From: Gloeobacterales cyanobacterium
GTDB lineage: Bacteria > Cyanobacteriota > Cyanobacteriia > Gloeobacterales > PMM-0068
Direction: 5' to 3'
Assembly (NCBI GenBank): GCA_049582005.1
Contig: JBAUTB010000222.1
Location: 682-64,681 of the forward strand
DNA: 64,000 bases
In this document: in pieces, positions 56,379 to 64,000 of the stretch
Numbering within the stretch: the first letter of the stretch is position 1
How the letters are laid out: every line of letters begins with the position of its first letter
Program-made: the position numbers and the translations under genes
The notes under the pieces: generated by a model
What the model saw: the letters and a program-made list of their open reading frames with translations, nothing else
The model's database searches: none
What the model was told of the DNA's origin: nothing

Positions 56379-58262
56379 CTACAAAACAGCACGTTGTAGC
56401 TTAAAGAGCACCCTGCCCATCGCTAGAGCTGTGAATCCAGACAGCGCTAATCCTCCGGAAGCTTCTACCGGATGCCCTGTGCCGAAGAGTACCGCCGTAG
56501 AAACCAAAAGTCCTGATAGGAGAATGGCATACATCAAGCCAAAAGCGGCAATGTTTAAGCGGCGCAATAGACGGTCCGTTTCATTGGCCCGCACCCGCAG
56601 GCGAATATCCCCTTTCTCTACCCGATTGAGGGTTTCTTCAATACGCTTGGGGAGATTAGCCGCCGTAGAGCCGGCTTGTACTGCTTGGCGACCGAATTCA
56701 TTAATGATCCCTACCGGCCCTCCAAAATTCCGGGAAGCATCGGACACAAACTGTGTGGCAAAGGGCTGTGCTACTTCCATAAAATTGAATCCAGGGTCTA
56801 GGCCTTTGCCCAAGCCTTCAAGCGTAGACAGCGCTCTCAGCACAAAGGTGAAGGTAGCGGGGAATCGAAAAGGCTGGTCGTAGGCCATTTCATAAATGTC
56901 ATCAGACAGATCGCCGATGGAAAAGTTTTGCGGCTGTTCAAAAGGCTGGTCTGCAAAGTTGGTCAACAGGAATTCGACGGAGCGACGAATGGGTGCTTGA
57001 TCCGCTCCTGGCTTGATCGCCCCTAGATCGGTCAAAGCTGTAATCACTTTATCGGTATCTTTCTGAGCTACTCCCAGGAAAGTATCCATTAGTTTTTCTT
57101 TAGTCCCCGGCTTAATCGATCCCATCATCCCGAAGTCATAGAAAACGACGACTCCGTCCGGTCTAACCGCTAAATTACCTGGGTGGGGGTCTGCATGAAA
57201 AAAGCCATCTTCCAAGAGTTGCTGTAGATAGGAACGAGCCCCAATTCGGGCTATCACCTTGCGGTCCAGACCTGCGGCCTCAATCGCCTCATAGTTGCTT
57301 ATCTTGATTCCCGGTGCATATTCCAACGTCAAAACTTTAGGCGAAGAGTAGCGCCAATAGACTTTAGGGACATGAATCAATTCATCATTACGGAAATTTC
57401 TACGGAAGGTATCAGCGTTGCGCCCTTCGTTCAGATAGTCAATCTCTTCATAAAGGATTTTGGCGCATTCATCGTAGATGGGTAACCATTCCCGCCCCTT
57501 CCCATAACGGGGATGATTTTGCAGATAACTGGTCACCCCTCTAAGAATCTGGAGATCAATATCAAAAAGCTTCTTCAGACCGGGACGCTGAACTTTAACG
57601 ACTACCTCTTCTTGAGTGTTCAATTGAGCCCGGTGGACCTGTCCCAAAGAAGCTGCTGCCATGGGGGTAGGGTCAAAAAACTGGAAAATCTCTTTTAAAG
57701 ATTTGCCGAATTCAGATTCAATGATCGTGACAACCTTGCTGTACTCAAAAGCAGGAACTTCATCCTGGAGCTTTGAAAGCTCTTCTACATACTCTTTAGG
57801 AAACAGGTCAGCCCGCGTTGAAAATAACTGTCCTACTTTGATGAAGGTAGGCCCCAAGTCCAACATAGTCTCGCGAATCCAGATAGCGCGATTTCTTCGA
57901 CGCTCTGTTCGGTGGGCCTCCGTCAACCCATTTCGATAAGACCAAGCTTTGCCATCCAACCAACGGTAGAACAAAAAGAGAAAAACGAAACGCCAGACGT
58001 CTATAACGCGACCCAGACGGGAATAGTTTTCTCTGCTCCAGCGATAGGAATTTTGGGCGGGTGGAGGTGACACAGGTTCTATGGGTTGTAGGACTAAATC
58101 TGCGTACTTAATTGTCTGCGTTACGGTGCTGTTGGAGTGCTGAACGTAATTGAGCGACCTCAGCCCTAATATCGTCGACTGTAGCTTGAACATCGTTGGC
58201 TGGGCGGGAATAGCTGCTCCCTGTACGACCCAATTCATCCATGACACGGGCTTCTTCTTCAT
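56379..58262 (-). CDS. ABC1/AarF/UbiB-family atypical kinase (second copy)
   Basis: IKVGQLFSTRADLFP, AAASLGQVHRA, VVVKVQRP, FFHADPHPGNL and YDFGMM. The start is uncertain. As drawn it overlaps the upstream 107-aa ORF by 155 nt. An in-frame GTG at 58073 would remove the overlap while keeping all conserved regions. Confidence 0.88.
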   Translation of the reverse strand: MKKKPVSWMNWVVQGAAIPAQPTMFKLQSTILGLRSLNYVQHSNSTVTQTIKYADLVLQPIEPVSPPPAQNSYRWSRENYSRLGRVIDVWRFVFLFLFYRWLDGKAWSYRNGLTEAHRTERRRNRAIWIRETMLDLGPTFIKVGQLFSTRADLFPKEYVEELSKLQDEVPAFEYSKVVTIIESEFGKSLKEIFQFFDPTPMAAASLGQVHRAQLNTQEEVVVKVQRPGLKKLFDIDLQILRGVTSYLQNHPRYGKGREWLPIYDECAKILYEEIDYLNEGRNADTFRRNFRNDELIHVPKVYWRYSSPKVLTLEYAPGIKISNYEAIEAAGLDRKVIARIGARSYLQQLLEDGFFHADPHPGNLAVRPDGVVVFYDFGMMGSIKPGTKEKLMDTFLGVAQKDTDKVITALTDLGAIKPGADQAPIRRSVEFLLTNFADQPFEQPQNFSIGDLSDDIYEMAYDQPFRFPATFTFVLRALSTLEGLGKGLDPGFNFMEVAQPFATQFVSDASRNFGGPVGIINEFGRQAVQAGSTAANLPKRIEETLNRVEKGDIRLRVRANETDRLLRRLNIAAFGLMYAILLSGLLVSTAVLFGTGHPVEASGGLALSGFTALAMGRVLFKLQRAVL

Positions 58263-58431
58263 TAGCCCGTGTCAGAACCTGCTCTGTGAATTCCTTGAGG
58301 TTTTCCCGCTGTTCTGATTCGAATTTGCCGATTTCGCTCAAAACGTCTGTGACAACATCCTCCAGACGTTCCACCAATAGGTCTGCCGTAGCCCTACCTA
58401 CAAAAAATGCGCGAATTAAGGGATTGCTCAC
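58108..58431 (-). CDS. Hypothetical helical protein
   Basis: 107 aa, predicted amphipathic and helical (LLVERLEDVVTDVLSEIGKFESEQRENLKEFTEQVL...). Directly upstream of the ABC1 kinase. No family recognised. Confidence 0.5.
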   Translation of the reverse strand: MSNPLIRAFFVGRATADLLVERLEDVVTDVLSEIGKFESEQRENLKEFTEQVLTRANEEEARVMDELGRTGSSYSRPANDVQATVDDIRAEVAQLRSALQQHRNADN

Positions 58432-58588
58432 TGAGCCACTCCTTTTGTACCACCATTCATTATAGTGCGATGCCTTGGTCGCTGCGCGTTAGTCCCTAGA
58501 TTCAATTAGGGAAACGTATTGGTGCCCATGCTATTGCCCCTATGATGGTACCGTAGGGTGCCCATGTACTTCGCCTTCCCACCTGCCC

Positions 58589-60913
58589 ATGACAACACCC
58601 CTTTTATTTCCTCTAGTCAACAACCAGCAGCGCAAAGCCATTGAGCATCAAGAAGGCCCCATGCTTGTAGTGGCTGGGGCGGGATCAGGTAAGACAAGGA
58701 CATTGACCCTGCGCATTGCCAATCTCATTCTGCGCCATGGAATAGACCCTTCTCAGATTTTCGCGGTGACGTTTACCAATAAAGCGGCCGGTGAGATGAA
58801 AGAGCGTATCCAGCAATTTTTTGTGGAACGTCGGGCCTTGGAGATGGACCAGCGTAAGTATGAAGAGCTTCCCTCCCAGCGCCAATATGCTCTGAGAGCC
58901 TTGGTCAACAAAACAATTACCCAACCGCTCTGGGTAGGCACCTTTCATGCGCTGTGCGGTCGGATTCTCCGGTTTGATATTGAGCGTTATAAAGACTGGC
59001 AAGGGCGTAGTTGGCAGAAAAATTTCAATATCGCCGATGAAGGGGATGTACAAAGTCTCATCAAAGAGATCGTTACCAAAGAATTGAACTTGGATGACAA
59101 ACGGTACAACCCCCGCGCGGTGCGTTCCACGATTAGTGGAGCCAAAAACCAAGGGCTTACTCCTGAACAGTTCAAAATGCAAGAAGGCGGAACAATCCGT
59201 TCTCAGCGGATTGCCGAAGTATACGAGCGCTATCAAACTCGTCTTTCCCAAAATAACACGCTAGACTTTGATGATTTGATCTGGGTTCCTGTACTGCTAT
59301 TCCAACAAAATCCCGATCTTTTAAATTATTGGCACAACCGTTTTAATCACATTTTAGTAGATGAATATCAGGATACAAATCGTGCTCAATATCAACTGAT
59401 TCGATTACTGGCTACCAATAGTTTGACAGCCCGTGACACAGACTGGAAAAATCGTTCCCTGTTTGTCGTGGGCGATGGCGACCAGTCTATCTATGCTTTT
59501 CGGGGAGCAGATGTTCAAATCATCCTAGATTTTCAGCGGGATTTTGGGGATGGCCTGACCGATCTCCAAACCAAAACGATGATCAAGTTAGAAGAGAATT
59601 ATCGCTCCTGTGCCAATATTCTGTCGGTGGCGAATACCCTCATTGAACATAATTCGGACCGCTTAGACAAGGTTTTGAAGCCTACCCGAGATAATGGCGC
59701 TCCGGTTTACAGCAAGAAAGCTGAAGATGAAATCAAAGAAGCTGAATTTATTGTTGGCCAAATTCGCCATCAGGAACAAACGGAAGCCAAACGTTCCTGG
59801 AAAGATTTCGCCGTACTCTACCGAACAAACGTCCAATCCAGGGTTGTAGAAGAAACGTTGATGCGTTGGGGCATTCCCTATACCGTAATCGGGGGGTTGA
59901 AATTCTATGACCGCCGAGAAGTAAAAGATATTCTCTGCTACCTCAAAGCTATTCATAACGCTGACGATGGGATGAGTATCCAACGGATCATCAATACACC
60001 CCGTCGGGGAATTGGCAACTCCACGTTAACTAAGCTCATGGAAGTGGCTAATGGTGCTCAGATGTCTTTGTGGCAAGTCTTGAGTTCACCGGAGAGCGTA
60101 AAAACCATTGCCGGTCGTACCGCTCGCCCAATTTTAGAATTTGTTGCATTGCTTCAACAATGGCAAGAAACCAGCACCAAGTTAACCGTTGCCGAACTAT
60201 TAGAACAGGTTATTGAAGAATCAGGATATGCTCGTAGCCTGGTCGAAGAAGGGACAGACGAAGCTCTTAACCGCGTGGAAAATGTCCATGAATTACTTTC
60301 GGTAGCCCGTCAATTTGAAGAGCAAACTGATGACCCAAGCCTTGATGCTTTTCTTGCCAATATTGCTCTCGCTTCTGACCTGGATCAGCTTGGAGAACAA
60401 GGGGACCGAGTTTCTTTGATGACACTTCACTCCGCCAAAGGGTTAGAATTTCCGGTGGTATTTCTGTGTGGTATGGAGCAAGGATTGCTTCCCCATTTCC
60501 GTTCCTTAGATGATCCAAAATCCTTAGAAGAAGAAAGACGGCTTTGTTATGTGGGTGTTACCCGTGCGCAAGAGCGGTTATTCCTCAGCCATGCTCAAGA
60601 ACGAAGACTTTACGGTGATCGAGAACCGGCGATCACCTCTCAATTTTTAGAAGAAGTCTCGGATCTTCTCTCCGGCGATAGTCCCCGCAAGTCTTTTTCT
60701 CCTGGCTATCGGGTCCCAGCGGCCAAAACTGCTGTAAAATCCATCACCCATCAAACGTGGGATGTGGGAGAAGTAGTGCTTCACCCTTCTTTCGGACAAG
60801 GACAAATTACCCATGTTCTGGGAACTGGAGAAAAACTCTACATTGCTGTCAATTTCCCTGGCTTGGGTAAAAAGATTTTGGACCCACGTACCGCAGCCCT
60901 GGAAAAAATCTAA
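58589..60913 (+). CDS. pcrA: UvrD/PcrA/Rep-family ATP-dependent DNA helicase
   Basis: 774 aa. Motif I AGAGSGKT, motif II VDEYQDTN, plus VGDGDQSIYAFRGA, NYRS, LYRTN, TLHSAKGLEF and YVGVTRA. Confidence 0.93.
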   Translation: MTTPLLFPLVNNQQRKAIEHQEGPMLVVAGAGSGKTRTLTLRIANLILRHGIDPSQIFAVTFTNKAAGEMKERIQQFFVERRALEMDQRKYEELPSQRQYALRALVNKTITQPLWVGTFHALCGRILRFDIERYKDWQGRSWQKNFNIADEGDVQSLIKEIVTKELNLDDKRYNPRAVRSTISGAKNQGLTPEQFKMQEGGTIRSQRIAEVYERYQTRLSQNNTLDFDDLIWVPVLLFQQNPDLLNYWHNRFNHILVDEYQDTNRAQYQLIRLLATNSLTARDTDWKNRSLFVVGDGDQSIYAFRGADVQIILDFQRDFGDGLTDLQTKTMIKLEENYRSCANILSVANTLIEHNSDRLDKVLKPTRDNGAPVYSKKAEDEIKEAEFIVGQIRHQEQTEAKRSWKDFAVLYRTNVQSRVVEETLMRWGIPYTVIGGLKFYDRREVKDILCYLKAIHNADDGMSIQRIINTPRRGIGNSTLTKLMEVANGAQMSLWQVLSSPESVKTIAGRTARPILEFVALLQQWQETSTKLTVAELLEQVIEESGYARSLVEEGTDEALNRVENVHELLSVARQFEEQTDDPSLDAFLANIALASDLDQLGEQGDRVSLMTLHSAKGLEFPVVFLCGMEQGLLPHFRSLDDPKSLEEERRLCYVGVTRAQERLFLSHAQERRLYGDREPAITSQFLEEVSDLLSGDSPRKSFSPGYRVPAAKTAVKSITHQTWDVGEVVLHPSFGQGQITHVLGTGEKLYIAVNFPGLGKKILDPRTAALEKI

Positions 60914-61015
60914 ATCCTTATTCCTCGCCGAAGGATGGCAAAACCACGTACTCAGGACTGGAGTGAATAACTCCTATCCGTTACCCTGGAAAGTAGCCCC
61001 TCAATCTCCCGAGCT

Positions 61016-61381
61016 ATGCTAACTCAGACAAAACTCAGCCGCCTTGGTCATGTAGCGGTCCAAGTCCAGGATGTTGCTAGAGCTGTGACCTTTTATACCG
61101 ACTTGGGTATGGAGGTCGTATGGCAAGATTCCGACTGGGCTTATGTAAAAGCGGGAGATGACGGATTGGCCTTGCTAGGACCTGAGTATAAACACGCGGG
61201 ACCCCACTTTGGATTCGTGTTCCATGACCCCCATGAGATCCAGCCTTACTACGAGAAGCTTAAAGCTCAAGGCTATACGAGCAGCAAAATCCTAAACCAT
61301 CGGGATGGCACCCGTTCTTTCTATGCCAAAGACCCTGATGGCAATCTCTTTGAATTCCTCTACGAACCAGTAGGCGATTGA
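61016..61381 (+). CDS. VOC-family (glyoxalase/bleomycin-resistance fold) protein
   Basis: 121 aa. LGHVAVQVQDVARAVTFYTDLGM... and ...SFYAKDPDGNLFEF are typical VOC beta-alpha-beta-beta-beta modules. Confidence 0.8.
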   Translation: MLTQTKLSRLGHVAVQVQDVARAVTFYTDLGMEVVWQDSDWAYVKAGDDGLALLGPEYKHAGPHFGFVFHDPHEIQPYYEKLKAQGYTSSKILNHRDGTRSFYAKDPDGNLFEFLYEPVGD

Positions 61382-61992
61382 GTGTTGATCGGAGGCTGCC
61401 TCATGTAGTTAGCCACTGCCTCCTTCCAGAGGGGACGCTCTCCCTGCTGATAACGCTGCCATGCCATCTGCGCTAGGGCAGTTACAGGAATAGTAGTCTG
61501 TGCTCCACCATCAATCACTTTATCGGGGTGATAGGTTTCTAAAAGGGCGTGCCATTGCTGTTCATCAAAGATATCTTCAGCGACAATAGGCTTCATAGTA
61601 CCATCTCCCCCTTGATAGATCCCGCCGTACCGTTCATTTTTGCGGGCATCCAGATGTACGGCAATGATGGCCTTTTCTGCGCTCCGACCAGCCCACAAAG
61701 CGAGGGAGGAAATAGTAAAAACGGGAATAGCTAATTGTTGGCCTAGCGTACGCGCAACCACCAAACCTACCCGCGTACTGGTAAAACTACCTGGCCCATT
61801 CGCTACTGCGACAAAAGCCAGATCCTGTAAGGATTGAGGTGGCAAGAAATCCCGCATTCTGACAAGCAACAGATTAGATAAATCTAGTCCTAAGCGTTCT
61901 TGGTGCTCACGATATTCTTGATCAGAACGCATGAGGGCTAAGCCAAGAATGTCTGTAGTGGTATGAAGTGCTAATCCCCAATCCGCTGACAT
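61360..61992 (-). CDS. tsaB: tRNA t6A biosynthesis protein TsaB (YeaZ)
   Basis: The Met at 61992 (MSADWGLALHTTTDILGLAL) avoids overlap with the ferredoxin gene. The NGPGSFTSTRVG motif is present. Confidence 0.8.
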   Translation of the reverse strand: MSADWGLALHTTTDILGLALMRSDQEYREHQERLGLDLSNLLLVRMRDFLPPQSLQDLAFVAVANGPGSFTSTRVGLVVARTLGQQLAIPVFTISSLALWAGRSAEKAIIAVHLDARKNERYGGIYQGGDGTMKPIVAEDIFDEQQWHALLETYHPDKVIDGGAQTTIPVTALAQMAWQRYQQGERPLWKEAVANYMRQPPINTQSPTGS

Positions 61993-61996
61993 GCTC

Positions 61997-62302
61997 TTAG
62001 CCGAACTGCTGACGATACACTTCGTCTTCCTTATCAGATTCAATCACGAGATCAGACTTCGGGTAGGAAACACATAAAAGGGCGTAGCCTTTTTCCTGTA
62101 ATTCAAGACCAATGCCCATTCCTTCGCTCTGATCCACGATGCCAGATTGAATGAGAGAAGCACAGGTGGTGCAGACCCCGGCTTCGCAGGAGGAACTGAG
62201 CGGGACGCCTTGACGTAAGGCGGCTACGAGAACTGTTTCATTAGGACCGATAGTAATGGTGAACTCTTGGCCACCATGCTGAATCTGGGCAGTGTAGGTC
62301 AT
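61997..62302 (-). CDS. Plant-type [2Fe-2S] ferredoxin
   Basis: 101 aa. Cluster ligands in SCEAGVCTTCASL...LLCVSYP (C-X4-C-X2-C...C). Confidence 0.9.
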   Translation of the reverse strand: MTYTAQIQHGGQEFTITIGPNETVLVAALRQGVPLSSSCEAGVCTTCASLIQSGIVDQSEGMGIGLELQEKGYALLCVSYPKSDLVIESDKEDEVYRQQFG

Positions 62303-62460
62303 GCTAGGAATGATAAGGCATTAGACTCGCTACTGTAAGCTGCTTTTCTAAAGTAGCGGCCTCACATTTTCACTTTAACCAAAATGTGCTGACCCTAACC
62401 CCAGACCATAATAAATGTGCAGGGGCTAGAAAATGGGGAAATACCCTCTTCTTTAGCCTT

Positions 62461-62620
62461 TATCCTTAGGTTAAGCCAAATAGCTATGGGGAAAAGGCCT
62501 GCTGCAGAGATTATGTAGCCTTTGTGAGCGTATTCACAACCGTTCTCTTCATGACGTACAATGTACATTGTCTGGGAAGTTAAACCTATTGGCTTAGATG
62601 TCTCCAGATGTTGATTTTGA
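62461..62620 (+). promoter_or_regulatory. Candidate structured 5' leader of mgtE (possible M-box-like Mg2+ riboswitch); tentative
   Basis: The intergenic leader is 430 nt with no credible ORF. CCUUAGGUUAAGCC...GGCCUGCUGCAG resembles the M-box core GUUAGGUGAGGC...CUGCUGCC as I recall it. UUAAGCC (62471-62477) can pair with GGCUUAG (62591-62597). Boundaries are approximate. Confidence 0.3.
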
Positions 62621-62733
62621 GGCTCAGCTTTGAGTAGTAGCAACGGTCCGAGTATCTAGCTCCTTCGGTCTTTGGGATTCCCATCTTCTGGAGGAGGTTT
62701 AGTCAGACCCTAAGAAGATGGAGGAAGGGAGAG

Positions 62734-64000
62734 ATGCTCACCCAAGACCGCCGTGACTTCCTGATGTCTATCGATGACTTCACGCAGTTAAAGGCTCAAC
62801 TGAAAGACCTCAATCCCGCAGACGCGGGGGAATATATTGCGGCGCTCCCAGATGCGCGGAAGGGTATTGCTTTCCGGCTTTTGGGCAAACAGCAAGCGAA
62901 TGAAGTCTTTGAATACCTGCCCTTTGAAGTTCAAGAAGAGCTCATCAATAACCTTCATGACCGAGAAGTCCGGGCCCTGGTAGATGCCATGTCTCCAGAT
63001 GATCGTGCTGAGCTATTTGATGAATTGCCCGCTCGGATAGTCAAGCGCCTTTTAGCGCAAATGAGCCCCAGTGAACGGGAAGCGACGGCGTTGCTTTTGG
63101 GTTATCCCGAAGCAACCGCAGGCCGGGTAATGACTACGGAATATGTGCGTCTGCGCAATGACCTCACCGTTGCTCAAGCCATTCAGAAAATCCGCCGTTT
63201 AGACGCCGATAAAGAAACGATTTACTATGCCTACCTCACAGACACGAACCGAGCCCTAGAAGGGGTGGTATCTCTGCGTCAACTGATCTTCGCGGATCCT
63301 GAGACAGAAATTCGGTCTTTGGTCTGTCGCAATCTGGTTTTTGTCACAACCCACACCCCTCAGGAAGAAGTGGCCCGCCTCATGAAGCGCCACGACCTCC
63401 TGGCTTTGCCGGTGGTGGACCGCGAGCAACGCCTGGTGGGAATTGTAACCATTGACGATGTGATCGACATCTTGGAAGAAGAAGCTACGGAAGATATCCT
63501 GAAATTTGCGGCAGTCAGCGGTGGAGAAGAGTCCACCTTGGCAGCTCCTGTTGTCACGATTCGTCAGCGTTTGCCTTGGCTTTTGGGCGTTATGGCTCTT
63601 TATATTGCCTCTGCTAGTGCCATTGCTCCTTTCCAATCTGTTATTGCGCTCGTGCCCGTACTGGCGGTGATTATGCCGATTTTCTCCAATACAGGCGGGA
63701 CCGTGGGTATTCAAGCCCTAACGGTAACTATCCGTGGTCTTAGTGTTGGCGAAATCACACCCCTAGATACGTTCCGTATCCTTCGCAAAGAGATCTTGGC
63801 GGGATTAGGTACAGCCTTGGCCTTAGGTTTTACCCTCATCTTGCTCTCTTTGATTTGGACGCCGCCAGCGCAACGTTGGGTAGCGGCGGTAGCAGGATTG
63901 GTCATGGCAATCAATACCATGGTGGCCGTTACTTTGGGCGCTTTGTTGCCCATGGGATTCAAGCGCTTCAATCTCGACCCTGCTTTGATTAGTGGCCCCC
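62734..64000 (+). CDS. mgtE: Magnesium transporter MgtE; 3' end lies outside the window
   Basis: Missing from the track because it runs off the edge. ATG at 62734 is preceded by GGAGGAAGGGAG. My translation: MLTQDRRDFLMSIDDF...MSPDDRAELFDELP...LLGYPEATAGRVMTTEYV... It also has CBS pairs (LLALPVVDREQRLVGIVTIDDVIDILEEEATEDI), and the TM region carries IMPIFSNTGGTVGIQAL. This is the canonical MgtE layout. Confidence 0.92.
   Translation, partial: MLTQDRRDFLMSIDDFTQLKAQLKDLNPADAGEYIAALPDARKGIAFRLLGKQQANEVFEYLPFEVQEELINNLHDREVRALVDAMSPDDRAELFDELPARIVKRLLAQMSPSEREATALLLGYPEATAGRVMTTEYVRLRNDLTVAQAIQKIRRLDADKETIYYAYLTDTNRALEGVVSLRQLIFADPETEIRSLVCRNLVFVTTHTPQEEVARLMKRHDLLALPVVDREQRLVGIVTIDDVIDILEEEATEDILKFAAVSGGEESTLAAPVVTIRQRLPWLLGVMALYIASASAIAPFQSVIALVPVLAVIMPIFSNTGGTVGIQALTVTIRGLSVGEITPLDTFRILRKEILAGLGTALALGFTLILLSLIWTPPAQRWVAAVAGLVMAINTMVAVTLGALLPMGFKRFNLDPALISGP

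Noticed and set aside
56371-56883. 170-aa plus-strand ORF opposite the ABC1 kinase 3' region.
   Set aside because: Its composition is Arg/Pro/Ser-rich and it lies entirely antisense to a conserved kinase C-terminal region. It is probably spurious.
58521-58591. Repeated GGTGCCCATG (58521-58530 and 58557-58566) and CTGCCCATG (58583-58591, containing the pcrA start codon) upstream of the helicase gene.
   Set aside because: The repeats are short (7-10 nt) with irregular spacing (36 and 26 nt), and they do not resemble the cyanobacterial LexA box as I recall it. I cannot distinguish them from chance without genome-wide motif statistics.
62395-62643. 82-aa minus-strand ORF in the mgtE-ferredoxin intergenic region.
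   Set aside because: It has no ribosome-binding site, an odd composition and no motif. The region is better explained as a structured mgtE leader on the plus strand.

Overview
This is a cyanobacterial chromosomal segment, gene-dense on both strands and mostly core housekeeping genes. The organism assignment rests on gene content: psaA-psaB, chlG, ntcA with its own GTA-N8-TAC box, menA/menG, a Tic22-like gene and a glcP-type sugar porter.

Recognisable blocks:
- Replication and repair: dnaG, a type IA topoisomerase, radA, ruvA, pcrA/uvrD.
- Pentose-phosphate genes tal and gnd, followed by sodB.
- Photosystem I: chlG-psaA-psaB, plus an unlisted 42-codon psaM-like ORF.
- Phylloquinone genes menG-menA in a long same-strand array with coaD and an ABC1 kinase.
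- Peptidoglycan genes: murQ, murI, an AmiC-type amidase and a YkuD-like protein.
- A tetR-MFS efflux pair, a vapBC toxin-antitoxin pair and tRNA-Leu(CAA).

I saw no rRNA, CRISPR array, transposase or integrase.

The two loci most worth follow-up lie side by side at about 22.7-28.9 kb:
1. A self-contained, translationally coupled three-gene operon: a GspE/PilB-type ATPase, a bitopic Pro/Ser-rich protein ending in a GspC/PilP-like domain, and a secretin. No platform protein, alignment proteins or pilins lie in cis.
2. A convergent three-gene operon of uncharacterised proteins in which one gene is a clear fusion of paralogs of the other two.

Smaller observations:
- A secreted Ig-like plus CXXCH protein.
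- A long structured leader ahead of mgtE.
- An 18-bp coding tandem repeat.
- An atypical topoisomerase.
- Candidate operator and repeat motifs.

Two genes run off the window edges and are therefore missing from the ORF track: glcP at the left edge and mgtE at the right. All calls come from reading translations and motifs by eye. Start codons and family assignments need HMM or BLAST confirmation.
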